Shown here piece by piece: positions 8,706 to 16,628 of a stretch of 32,000 nt of DNA; position 1 is the first letter of the stretch, and each line of letters begins with the position of its first letter. This DNA is from an uncultured Eubacteriales bacterium. Lineage in GTDB: Bacteria; Bacillota; Clostridia; Oscillospirales; Oscillospiraceae. The translations under genes and the position numbers were made by a program. The DNA lies in contig OW818648.1 in NCBI GenBank assembly GCA_942492735.1, positions 3,891,845-3,923,844 on the forward strand, written 5' to 3'. The notes beneath the pieces were generated by a model. It was not told the origin of the DNA. It made no database searches and saw only the letters and a program-made list of their open reading frames with translations.

Positions 8706-9245
8706 TTATAAGTCAGCGAAGCCGAGCCTCTTGAGCCAGGCTGCGACATCTTTCTCCGCGTTTTGAACAGTGCTGCCTCTGATAGCCAAGCCGGTGACGA
8801 TCTTTGAGTTTGGGCAGAGCTTGGCAATATCGCGCTCACTTTTACCCAGACCACTGCCTTCATGTGTACAGAACGGGACGATGGTTTTTCCTGATACGTC
8901 ATATGATTCCAAAAAGGTGTAGACCGCCATTGGCATTGTTCCCCACCAGTTGGGGTAACCAAGATAGATCACATCGTATTTTCTGATATCTTCAACCGTT
9001 TTTATAAGCTTTGGACGGTCATTTTCACGCAATTCCTTCTGCGCAACGTTCGTTGTCTCTGTATAATCCTCGGGGTACACCTTCACCGTATCAATCTGAA
9101 ACAGATCACCGCCTGTGAGCTCCTGGATTTTTCTGGCAATCACCTCAGTATTGCCGACCGGAAGGTTGATGATGCTCCCGCTGACATAATTACTTCCCTT
9201 TCGTGAGTAATATGCGATCAAACACTTTTTATCTTTTAGTTCCAT
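8706..9245 (-). CDS. Flavodoxin family protein (cytoplasmic, no signal peptide)
   Basis: GGAGG lies 8 nt before ATG 9245 (MELKDKKCLIAYYSRKGSNY...). Core motif: YLGYPNWWGTMPMAVYTFLESYDVSGKTIVPFCTHEGSG. The track ORF extends to 9296. Confidence 0.85.
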   Translation of the reverse strand: MELKDKKCLIAYYSRKGSNYVSGSIINLPVGNTEVIARKIQELTGGDLFQIDTVKVYPEDYTETTNVAQKELRENDRPKLIKTVEDIRKYDVIYLGYPNWWGTMPMAVYTFLESYDVSGKTIVPFCTHEGSGLGKSERDIAKLCPNSKIVTGLAIRGSTVQNAEKDVAAWLKRLGFADL

Positions 9246-9317
9246 TAAAGTTGCCTCCATTATCTTATTCTCCCAGCGGGAAGTCCGTAGAAGCATTTTT
9301 TGTCATAGCCATTTCTA

Positions 9318-10412
9318 TCATACCTTTTCAAATTCAGCTGCCACATTCTCCAAAAGAGCGCGTATCTCCAGATGCTGCGGACAGGCTTTTTCGCATATGC
9401 CGCATTTGATGCAGTCTGACGCCTTTCCGGCGTTCTGCGTATGCACCATGTAATACCAGTCACTGTTCCAGTCCTTGAACTGCCGCTTGGCGTTCATGCA
9501 TGCGAACAGGTCGGGGATGGCGATGTTTTTCGGGCAGTCTTCGGTGCAATAATGGCAAGCTGTGCAGGGGATGATATCCTGCATCTTGAAAATCTCGCAC
9601 ACCTTGTCTATTGCCGCAAATTCGGCATCCGTGAGCGATTTGAAGTTTTTCATGAAGCTGAGGTTATCTTCAAGCTGGGAAAGGTCACTCATGCCGGAGA
9701 GCACCATCATAACACCCTCAAAGGATGCCGCGAAGCGAATAGCATAACTGGCATAGCTGCCGCCATGGAGCGCATCCAGAACCGTCTTTGCCTCATCCGG
9801 CAGATTCACAAGGCTTCCGCCTTTAACCGGTTCCATGACGATGACGGGCTTACCGTAACGGCGGCAGACCTCAAGGCATTTTCTGCCCTCGATGCTTGGA
9901 TCTTCATAATCCACATAGTTGAACTGGAGCTGCACGACCTCAATTTCCGGTTGCTCGGCAAGGATTGTTTCGAGTACGGCCGCTTTATCATGGAAGGAGA
10001 GGCCGACATGCTTGACCTTCGCCTCCGCTTTCAGTTCGCCTGCGATTCGATACGCGCCGCAGTCGACAAATTTTTTGTAGAACTCCGCGTTCTGCGCGTG
10101 CATCAGGTAGTAGTCGAAATAATCCACGCCGCAGGCTTCCAGCTGACTATCGAAGAATGGGCGGATATCCTCTTCCTTACTGAAGAAATTCGTTGTCAGC
10201 TTATCTGTCAGGGTATAAGCCTCACGGGGATAGCGACTGGTCAGGCACTCCCGCAGTGCAGTTTCGCTTTTTCCGCTGAGATAGCCATGAGCGGTGTCGA
10301 AATATGTGAAGCCCGCAGCGATAAAGCGGTCAACCATTTTTGTGAACTGCGCGGTATCAACCTCGCCAGCCTTCATGGGAAGTCTCATACAGCCAAAACC
10401 AAAGTTTTTCAT
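9318..10412 (-). CDS. Aldo/keto reductase with a C-terminal 2x[4Fe-4S]-type Cys-cluster domain
   Basis: The N-terminus MKNFGFGCMRLP and the motif FTYFDTAHGY indicate an aldo/keto reductase. The C-terminus has CTACHYCTEDCP and CIKCGICEKACP. An AGGAGG ribosome-binding site precedes the ATG. Confidence 0.88.
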   Translation of the reverse strand: MKNFGFGCMRLPMKAGEVDTAQFTKMVDRFIAAGFTYFDTAHGYLSGKSETALRECLTSRYPREAYTLTDKLTTNFFSKEEDIRPFFDSQLEACGVDYFDYYLMHAQNAEFYKKFVDCGAYRIAGELKAEAKVKHVGLSFHDKAAVLETILAEQPEIEVVQLQFNYVDYEDPSIEGRKCLEVCRRYGKPVIVMEPVKGGSLVNLPDEAKTVLDALHGGSYASYAIRFAASFEGVMMVLSGMSDLSQLEDNLSFMKNFKSLTDAEFAAIDKVCEIFKMQDIIPCTACHYCTEDCPKNIAIPDLFACMNAKRQFKDWNSDWYYMVHTQNAGKASDCIKCGICEKACPQHLEIRALLENVAAEFEKV

Positions 10413-10471
10413 ATTGTCCTCCTAATAATCAAATTGCGTCTATTTTTCGTTTAATACGTTGTTCTGAAAAC

Positions 10472-10502
10472 AGCATAGCACTTGGAGTTGACTCCAAGTC
10501 AA
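10472..10502 (-). promoter_or_regulatory. MerR-type promoter/operator: TTGACT-19 bp-TATGCT, with a dyad in the spacer
   Basis: On the minus strand: ATTGACTTGGAGTCAACTCCAAGTGCTATGCT. The dyad ACTTGGAGT-NN-ACTCCAAGT (10480..10499) has perfect 9-bp arms. A 19-bp spacer is the hallmark of MerR-family activated promoters. Confidence 0.6.
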
Positions 10503-10573
10503 TAGCTTTTTTCGTTCTTTATTGCATTTATTGAGTCTTCGATAAACAAGTCTGAGAATTTGAAAATTTATAC

Positions 10574-10604
10574 TTGACTTGGAGTGCACTCAAAGTGCTA
10601 ACAT
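10574..10604 (+). promoter_or_regulatory. Second, divergent MerR-type promoter/operator: TTGACT-19 bp-TAACAT
   Basis: Sequence: CTTGACTTGGAGTGCACTCAAAGTGCTAACAT. It matches the minus-strand copy at 26 of 32 positions. The dyad ACTTGGAGTG/CACTCAAAGT pairs at 9 of 10 positions. Confidence 0.6.
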
Positions 10605-10649
10605 TGTAATAATGAAATGAACTCTTGCATATCGCATCGGAGGATACAC

Positions 10650-10808
10650 ATGATTTACAAATCGTTTAAGGATGGAATCAGTCTCTCACGGCTTGGTATG
10701 GGAAACATGCGCCTGCCGACAACGGGCATGATGGGACCTATCGATCGGGAAAAGTCTCAGGAGAGATACTGCTTAATAATAAATACCGTCACCTTTGAAC
10801 TCAGGTGA
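10650..10808 (+). pseudogene. Truncated 5' remnant of an aldo/keto reductase gene
   Basis: GGAGGA lies 5 nt before ATG 10650. MIYKSFKDGISLSRLGMGNMRLPTTG... is a typical aldo/keto reductase N-terminus. The frame ends after 52 codons and runs straight into a terminator hairpin. Confidence 0.6.
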
Positions 10809-10825
10809 CGGTATTTAACTTTATT
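10783..10825 (+). terminator. Rho-independent terminator
   Basis: ATACCGTCACCT-ttgaactc-AGGTGACGGTAT (12-bp stem), followed by a T-rich tail. Confidence 0.6.
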
Positions 10826-11046
10826 GCCTCATTAATTCAGCTGCACTTCGTGATTTTGCTTCGGAGCTATTTTTCGAACAAGACAAATGAACCGTATTCT
10901 TGACAGATTCATCCAGCACATGTTATTGTAACAGTGATCTCTTTGCACTGCATTTAGCTACAGTTCAAACTGAGCAGGCGATGGACCTTTCATTGAGGTA
11001 CATGGGGCCGGGCCACCCAACGAGTGGCAGCAGATTGCATTAAACG

Positions 11047-11090
11047 CACATCTGTGGGACAGTAGTATGTTCCACAGATGTGTTTTTTTA
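11047..11090 (+). terminator. Orphan Rho-independent terminator with no intact upstream gene
   Basis: CACATCTGTGG-loop-CCACAGATGTG (11-bp stem), followed by TTTTTTT. Confidence 0.6.
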
Positions 11091-11157
11091 TGCCTCCGGA
11101 ACGACAATTATGAATGACGTGCCATAAGATGAATCCAAAGTGGAGGCGTTTACTCAA

Positions 11158-11883
11158 ATGACTGAGATCATGAACCTCGGAAATCGTATTGTGAACACTT
11201 ATCTGATTAAATCATCCGGAAAAACCATTCTGGTTGACACCGGTTATGCCGAACAGTTTGCTGCGTTTCATAAACGGCTGAGAAATCAAGGATTGTCTCT
11301 TCGTGAAATAGATTACATATTCCTCACACATGCCCACGATGACCATGCAGGGTTCCTTGCTGATATTTTATGTAACTCCGGCGCAAAGGTAATCATGCAT
11401 GAAAACGGCATTGATGCGCTGTTTCGTGGGCAGAATTGCTTTGACGGCGGCTGTTCAAGCAGGACGGCGCTCCGCTTTAGTAGGATGATGGAATTCTTTG
11501 GCAAGGGCGCGCACAGATTTCCGCCGTTCCCTGAGGCGTTGAGAGACAGGCTTCTGCTTCTTCGCCCCGACACGCAGACGAAACTCGAATCCGACCTTGA
11601 CGCACGTATCATCGAAACGCCTGGGCATACCTCCTGTTCCATTTCGCTGCTGACGAAAGACGGTACGCTATTTTGCGGAGACGCGGCCATGAATGGATTT
11701 CCGAGCAGCGAACGGGTCTCGATATGGATCGAAAACCTCGGGGTCTTCTGTCAGTCATGGGAAAATATAATCAAGCTGAATCCCCTCGCTATCTATCCGG
11801 GTCACGGCAAATCGTTCCCTGCATCTGATTTGAAACGACACTTGAATGATGAATATAAACGAACCTTGTATCCTTTGATATAG
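11158..11883 (+). CDS. MBL-fold metallo-hydrolase
   Basis: It carries the HxHxDH motif (LTHAHDDHAG) and downstream His/Asp ligands (ETPGHTSCS, CGDA, PGHG). The start is placed at ATG 11158, after GTGGAGG. Confidence 0.85.
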   Translation: MTEIMNLGNRIVNTYLIKSSGKTILVDTGYAEQFAAFHKRLRNQGLSLREIDYIFLTHAHDDHAGFLADILCNSGAKVIMHENGIDALFRGQNCFDGGCSSRTALRFSRMMEFFGKGAHRFPPFPEALRDRLLLLRPDTQTKLESDLDARIIETPGHTSCSISLLTKDGTLFCGDAAMNGFPSSERVSIWIENLGVFCQSWENIIKLNPLAIYPGHGKSFPASDLKRHLNDEYKRTLYPLI

Positions 11884-11929
11884 AACAGGTATTGCAACGG
11901 CATCAGAGCTTTGGAGGGAAAAAGTGTTT

Positions 11930-12868
11930 ATGCGTATACTGATTTACGGTGCCGGTGTTATTGGCAGCATTTTTGCTGGGAAGCTTGCTGCAGCAGGACA
12001 AGATGTAACGATTCTGGCACGCGGCAGCCGGGCTGAGGCGCTACGACAAAATGGTATTATATTATCCGTACCCGGAGCAAAGAAAACGGCGGTCATTGCC
12101 GTTAGCGTGATGGAGCAGCTTGCTCCTGACGACCTGTACGACTACATCGTCATCGTGATGCAGCGGACACAGATTGACAGCGTACTGCCGATCCTTGCAG
12201 AGAATCAATCAAAGAATATCGTCTTTGTCGTTAACACAGCCGCGGGGTACGATAAGTGGGTAGAAGCCGTCGGCAGTGAGCGGCTCATGCTGGGATTCCC
12301 GTCAGCCGGCGGAGAGCGAATCGATAACCTGGTTACTTACTTCATCGGAAGCGGAGCAATCCGTGTGTTTCAGACCACGACGTTCGGAGAGTACAGCGGT
12401 AGGAAAACAGCGCGTGTTCGCCTGTTGATTGATGCTTTCAGCCGTGCCGGCATACCTTCTGTTTTCTGCAGCGACATGGACGCGTGGCAAAAAACCCACG
12501 TGGCAATGGTCACGAGTATCGCAAACACGTTGTACCGATACGATTGCGATAATTACCGCTTGGCAAGGTCGTTTGAAGATGTTCTGCTTATGGTAAGAGG
12601 CATCAGAGAAGGGTTTTCCGTGCTGAATAAGCTGGGATATACAACAACACCCGCAAAACTTTGGTATTTCAAGCTGCCAGTATGGCTTACTGCCGGTGTG
12701 TTCAAAGTCGTCATGGGGACCAAACTGGCAGAAATAACAATGGCGAAGCATTGCATTGCCGCCAAGCCGGAGCTATTATACCTGCAGGCAGAGTTTGATG
12801 CATTGATAACGCAAAGCGGTTTAAAAACACCCGCTATTGACAGGCTTCGGCATACTGTCCCAGGTTAA
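11930..12868 (+). CDS. Ketopantoate reductase (ApbA/PanE) family oxidoreductase
   Basis: The N-terminal Rossmann motif is MRILIYGAGVIGSIFAGKLAAAGQDVT. Length and C-terminal domain layout fit the 2-dehydropantoate 2-reductase family. GTG at 11924 is an alternative start. Confidence 0.75.
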   Translation: MRILIYGAGVIGSIFAGKLAAAGQDVTILARGSRAEALRQNGIILSVPGAKKTAVIAVSVMEQLAPDDLYDYIVIVMQRTQIDSVLPILAENQSKNIVFVVNTAAGYDKWVEAVGSERLMLGFPSAGGERIDNLVTYFIGSGAIRVFQTTTFGEYSGRKTARVRLLIDAFSRAGIPSVFCSDMDAWQKTHVAMVTSIANTLYRYDCDNYRLARSFEDVLLMVRGIREGFSVLNKLGYTTTPAKLWYFKLPVWLTAGVFKVVMGTKLAEITMAKHCIAAKPELLYLQAEFDALITQSGLKTPAIDRLRHTVPG

Positions 12869-13007
12869 CACTTGTTTTCAATAAGCTGATCAGGTTTCAC
12901 CGATGCGGTGTTTCCGCCGCTCGATCAGCAATATAATGTGGTCTACGAAGTTTGCGTAAAAGCAAGCGGTTTGCTGAACAGGTAATATTATATGAAATCA
13001 AACACTC

Positions 13008-13054
13008 AAAATCAAGAAACCGCCAACACCCTGATATTAGAAGGATGTTGGCGG
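13008..13054 (-). terminator. Terminator of the toxin-antitoxin operon
   Basis: The stem pairs CCGCCAACA (13020..13028) with TGTTGGCGG (13046..13054). On the minus strand it is followed by TTTCTTGATTT. Confidence 0.45.
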
Positions 13055-13093
13055 TACTCGTCTGGATCAAGACGGATGAACCGTCCCCTTGTC

Positions 13094-13378
13094 TTATTTC
13101 AAGGTCACTTGGACTTCTTTTCCAAGGGATCGTGCAACCTTTGCTAAAAAGTCGAGTGATGGATTGTATACTCCGCTTTCTAATCGGCTGATATTGGATT
13201 TCTGTGTACCTACCCTGAGCGCCAATTCAGCTTGAGTGATATTCTGACTTGTTCGGGCCTCTATAATCTGAGAAATCACCTCATATCGCGGTCTGAGCTT
13301 GTCATACTCCGTTTTGAATTCCTCATCCTTCATCAGCAGCGACTTGACCTCAGAAAACTTCGCGCCGCCTTTACTCAT
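13094..13378 (-). CDS. XRE-family helix-turn-helix antitoxin (HigA-like)
   Basis: The HTH is ITQAELALRVGTQKSNISRLESG. The preferred ATG at 13378 lies 7 nt after GAAGG and overlaps the toxin stop in ATGAGTAA. The track ORF extends to 13396. Confidence 0.8.
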   Translation of the reverse strand: MSKGGAKFSEVKSLLMKDEEFKTEYDKLRPRYEVISQIIEARTSQNITQAELALRVGTQKSNISRLESGVYNPSLDFLAKVARSLGKEVQVTLK

Positions 13379-13736
13379 CATCACACCTTCTTTCATAATC
13401 TTTTTTGTACTTCATTGCCATGTCAAGCTCTCTCTGGGGCGTCTTTTCAGTCTTCTTGGAAAACCCATAAAGCAGTACAAAGGTTTTCTGACAAAATGCA
13501 AAATAGAATATTCTGCTTATATCTGAAGCGAATTTAACCCTCAGCTCAAAAATACCTCTATACTTCTCCCCGTGAATTGGTTTTACATACGGTTCCTTTA
13601 GTTCTCTTCCGTGCTTTTCAAGCAGTTCAATTTCGCTAAAGACTTTGGCCCGCAGTTTAGGTGCCAATGTTAGCAAATATTCAAGAACGGGAATATCGCC
13701 GTTATCCTTTTTATAATATTCCACTTGCCACTCCAT
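13371..13736 (-). CDS. RelE/ParE-superfamily toxin (phage Gp49 / HigB-like)
   Basis: 121 aa. MEWQVEYYKKDNGDIPVLEYL ... GIFELRVKFASDISRIFYFAF ... LLYGFSKKTEKTPQRELD matches the Gp49-type toxin pattern. The toxin-first gene order is as in higBA. Confidence 0.75.
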   Translation of the reverse strand: MEWQVEYYKKDNGDIPVLEYLLTLAPKLRAKVFSEIELLEKHGRELKEPYVKPIHGEKYRGIFELRVKFASDISRIFYFAFCQKTFVLLYGFSKKTEKTPQRELDMAMKYKKDYERRCDDE

Positions 13737-13776
13737 GATACACCTCCAATAACAGTGTATGCTGAGTTACACGTTT

Positions 13777-13805
13777 ATGTTATCATATATGATAACATAG
13801 GTCAA
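13777..13805 (-). promoter_or_regulatory. Toxin-antitoxin promoter TTGACC-17-TAACAT overlapped by a perfect 22-bp palindrome (candidate operator)
   Basis: ATGTTATCATATATGATAACAT (13777..13798) is perfectly self-complementary. It covers the spacer and -10 of the minus-strand promoter, whose -35 is at 13805..13800. Confidence 0.6.
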
Positions 13806-13815
13806 CACAATCCCT

Positions 13816-14166
13816 CTATTTCCTTCTTTTCGGCATCGTCAGGCGGTAGCTATGGTCGATCAAATCGTAAAGTGCGTCCTCGGGTACGTCGGAGCCAACG
13901 AGGACGGTATTCCAGTGCGCTTTATTCATATGGTAGGCGGGCGTGACACCGGAATACAGCTGGCGGAGGAAATCCGCGCGCAGGGGCTCGCACTTTAAAT
14001 TGACGCACAGGCCTTCGCGCTCATAGATGAACGCGAAGCCTTTTTTATTCTGCCGGTGGCGCATGACCGTCCATGCTCCTGCTATATTGGGTCCGTCATC
14101 GAAGGGATAGTCCTCAAAGGCGTCGGGATACGTCAGGCAGTAATCAATCAGCTCTCGGCGTGTCAT
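13816..14166 (-). CDS. MmcQ/YjbR family DNA-binding protein
   Basis: MTRRELIDYCLTYPDAFEDYPFDD is the characteristic N-terminus of this family. ATG 14166 forms an ATGA overlap with the upstream stop. The track ORF extends to 14184. Confidence 0.75.
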   Translation of the reverse strand: MTRRELIDYCLTYPDAFEDYPFDDGPNIAGAWTVMRHRQNKKGFAFIYEREGLCVNLKCEPLRADFLRQLYSGVTPAYHMNKAHWNTVLVGSDVPEDALYDLIDHSYRLTMPKRRK

Positions 14167-14513
14167 TTGACGTGCGCCTCCCATTGCTCCTGCTTAAATC
14201 CGACAAGGACAAAGCCGTCTCCGATGAGTATCGGGCGCTTGACGAGCATACCGTCGGTCGACAGCAACACCAGCTTGTCCTCATCGCTCATTGTGGGGAG
14301 CTTTTCCTTCACTGCAAGCGCTCTATATTGAAGGCCACTCGTATTGAAAAAACGGCAAAGCGGTATACCGCTGAGGCTATGCCACGCTCTCAGCTCGCTG
14401 AGCGTCGGTTTCTCGAGCTTGATATCGCGGAAATTGTATGCAATACCGCGTGTATCGAGATATGCCCGCGCCTTTTGGCAGGTGGTACATTTTGGGTAAC
14501 AGACAAATGTCAT
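14163..14513 (-). CDS. ArsC/Spx-family (arsenate reductase-like, thioredoxin fold) protein
   Basis: 116 aa. The N-terminus MTFVCYPKCTTCQKARAYLDTRGIAYNFRDI carries a CxxC-type motif typical of the ArsC/Spx/YffB family. Confidence 0.75.
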   Translation of the reverse strand: MTFVCYPKCTTCQKARAYLDTRGIAYNFRDIKLEKPTLSELRAWHSLSGIPLCRFFNTSGLQYRALAVKEKLPTMSDEDKLVLLSTDGMLVKRPILIGDGFVLVGFKQEQWEAHVK

Positions 14514-14662
14514 AACACTGCTCCTTTATTGCTTAAATCGTCTTTATAACTTCTTTTTCTCTCTTGTCTATTGTTTTGTTGCTTTTATCGACTTATAATT
14601 AATATACAATACTTTCCATATGAATGTAAATGCATTTGTTCGATTGGGATACAGCGAGGTAT

Positions 14663-16603
14663 ATGATGGATAAACAAACTGCGCTTAAACAATATTTCGG
14701 GCATGCTGCCTTCAGGCAGGGGCAGGAGGCGCTGATTGACGCGCTGATAGCGGGGCGCGACGTACTGGGCGTTATGCCGACGGGGGCTGGAAAATCGGCA
14801 TGCTATCAGATACCGGCGCTGCTGCTGCCGGGTTTAACGCTCGTGGTGTCCCCGCTCATTTCACTGATGAAGGATCAGGTGGCATCGCTCACGCAGGCCG
14901 GTATCGCGGCGGCGTATATCAATTCGTCGCTGACCGCAGCCCAGTACCGCGAGGTGTTCCGGCGGGCAGAGGCTGGCCAGTATAAAATCATTTACATCGC
15001 GCCGGAGCGGCTTGCAACAGGTGATTTCCTGCGCTTTGCCGAACGTCAGCGCATTGCGCTTGTCGCTGTGGATGAGGCGCATTGCGTGTCTCAATGGGGG
15101 CAGGACTTCCGGCCCAGTTATCTGAAGATCGTCGAATTCATCGAGCACCTCAGCTACCGCCCGACCGTCGGCGCGTTCACGGCGACGGCGACGACGGAGG
15201 TTAAGACGGATATCAACCGCATTTTGAAGCTGCAAAACCCGCTTTCCCTAACGACAGGCTTTGACCGCGCAAACCTGTATTTCGAGGTTGTCCGCCCCAA
15301 AAGCAAGCCGGCGTATCTGCAGGAACTGCTGAAGGCGCGTAAGGGAAAAAGCGGCATTATCTACTGCGCCACACGTACTGCGGTCGAGCGCGTCTGCGAC
15401 ACGCTGCGCGCGCATCGCATCTCCGCCACGCGCTATCACGCAGGGCTCGACGACGCCGAGCGGCAAAAAAATCAAGAGGATTTCGTCTATGACCGCCGCC
15501 GCGTGATGGTCGCGACAAACGCCTTCGGCATGGGCATCGACAAGTCCAACGTGAGCTTCGTTATCCACTACAACATGCCGAAAAATCCGGAGAGCTATTA
15601 TCAGGAGGCGGGCCGCGCCGGACGCGACGGAGAACCGGCAGACTGCATTCTGCTGTATTCGAAAGGCGATATACGCACGGCACTGTTTTTGATACAGAAT
15701 TCCGAGGAAAATGAAGCGATGACCGCACAAGAACGTGAAATCATCCTGCGCCGCGATATGGAGAGGCTCGACAAAATGGTCGGTTACTGCGAGACTGGCA
15801 GCTGCCTGCGGGCTTATATCCTCGCCTATTTCGGCGAGACGCACAGCGGCTGGTGCGGCAACTGCGGCAGCTGCAAAGCCAGCACGTTTGAATATGAGCA
15901 AAAGGACATCACAATCGAGGCACAGAAGATTCTTTCCTGTGTGTCTCGGATAGAGAAAAAATATCCAAACGGCGTCGGCGTCACGGTCTGTGTGCGTATG
16001 CTGCACGGCAGCAAGGAACAGCGTGTCATGCAGCTGCGTCTTGATACGCTGCCGACATACGGTATCATGCATGATGTAGACAGGCCAAAAATCCGCGAAT
16101 ACATCGATCAGCTTGTGACCCAAGGCTATCTGCAAGTCACCGAGGGCGAATATCCCGTCCTGCGCCTGACCGATAAATCGCGCGAGGTGCTGTTTCGCGG
16201 TACACTTGTAACCATGCCCGTCAGAAAGCTGCCGCCCGCCATTGATAGCAGCGATAAATCGCCGTTCGATAAATCTCCGTTCGATAAATCTCCGTTCGAT
16301 AAATCGCCGTTCGATAAAGCGCCGCTCAATGAATCGCGCGGTTTAAGCAAAAAAGCACGTTTCAGTATTGACGACGCGCCGATTGAGGACGACGTCTTAT
16401 CCGCTCTCAAAGCCCTCCGTTCCCGTCTGGCACAGGAGGCCGGCGTCCCTGCTTACATCGTATTTTCCAACGCCGCGCTCGCTGAAATGGCCGCAAAATT
16501 ACCCCGCACGATGTCGGAGTTCCTGAATGTCTCAGGCGTCGGCGAGGTCAAAGCCAGCCGCTACGGCTCGGCATTTTTGCAGGTTATCAAGGACCATTGC
16601 TGA
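14663..16603 (+). CDS. recQ: ATP-dependent DNA helicase RecQ
   Basis: Motifs seen: FRQGQEALI, Walker A PTGAGKS, DEAH box VDEAHCVSQWGQDFRPSY and QEAGRAGRDG. There is a Zn-binding Cys cluster (CGNCGSC) and a C-terminal HRDC domain (AYIVFSNAALAEMA). The start is ATG 14663 or 14666; the track ORF starts at 14630. Confidence 0.95.
   Translation: MMDKQTALKQYFGHAAFRQGQEALIDALIAGRDVLGVMPTGAGKSACYQIPALLLPGLTLVVSPLISLMKDQVASLTQAGIAAAYINSSLTAAQYREVFRRAEAGQYKIIYIAPERLATGDFLRFAERQRIALVAVDEAHCVSQWGQDFRPSYLKIVEFIEHLSYRPTVGAFTATATTEVKTDINRILKLQNPLSLTTGFDRANLYFEVVRPKSKPAYLQELLKARKGKSGIIYCATRTAVERVCDTLRAHRISATRYHAGLDDAERQKNQEDFVYDRRRVMVATNAFGMGIDKSNVSFVIHYNMPKNPESYYQEAGRAGRDGEPADCILLYSKGDIRTALFLIQNSEENEAMTAQEREIILRRDMERLDKMVGYCETGSCLRAYILAYFGETHSGWCGNCGSCKASTFEYEQKDITIEAQKILSCVSRIEKKYPNGVGVTVCVRMLHGSKEQRVMQLRLDTLPTYGIMHDVDRPKIREYIDQLVTQGYLQVTEGEYPVLRLTDKSREVLFRGTLVTMPVRKLPPAIDSSDKSPFDKSPFDKSPFDKSPFDKAPLNESRGLSKKARFSIDDAPIEDDVLSALKALRSRLAQEAGVPAYIVFSNAALAEMAAKLPRTMSEFLNVSGVGEVKASRYGSAFLQVIKDHC
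16253..16327 (+). repeat. Five tandem copies of a 15-bp unit (GATAAATC[G/T]CCGTTC), in frame inside recQ
   Basis: The units start at 16253, 16268, 16283, 16298 and 16313 (the last is degenerate). They encode DKSPF x4 plus DKAPL in the linker before the HRDC domain. Confidence 0.95.
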
Positions 16604-16628
16604 ATATATTTGAAAATGAGGTGCGCTC

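Noticed and set aside
9441-10454. 337-aa plus-strand ORF
   Set aside because: It is antisense to the aldo/keto reductase gene, which has clear AKR and 4Fe-4S motifs. It shows no motifs or ribosome-binding site of its own.
12952-13191. 79-aa plus-strand ORF, and a 53-codon ATG ORF from 12992
   Set aside because: They run through the toxin-antitoxin terminator hairpin and are antisense to the 3' end of the antitoxin. The ribosome-binding site is weak or absent and the composition is not protein-like.
15248-16410. Minus-strand ORFs 15248..16135 (295 aa), 15826..16104 and 16126..16410 (with LSNGD repeats)
   Set aside because: They are antisense to recQ. The LSNGD repeats are simply the reverse-complement reading of the DKSPF 15-bp tandem repeat.
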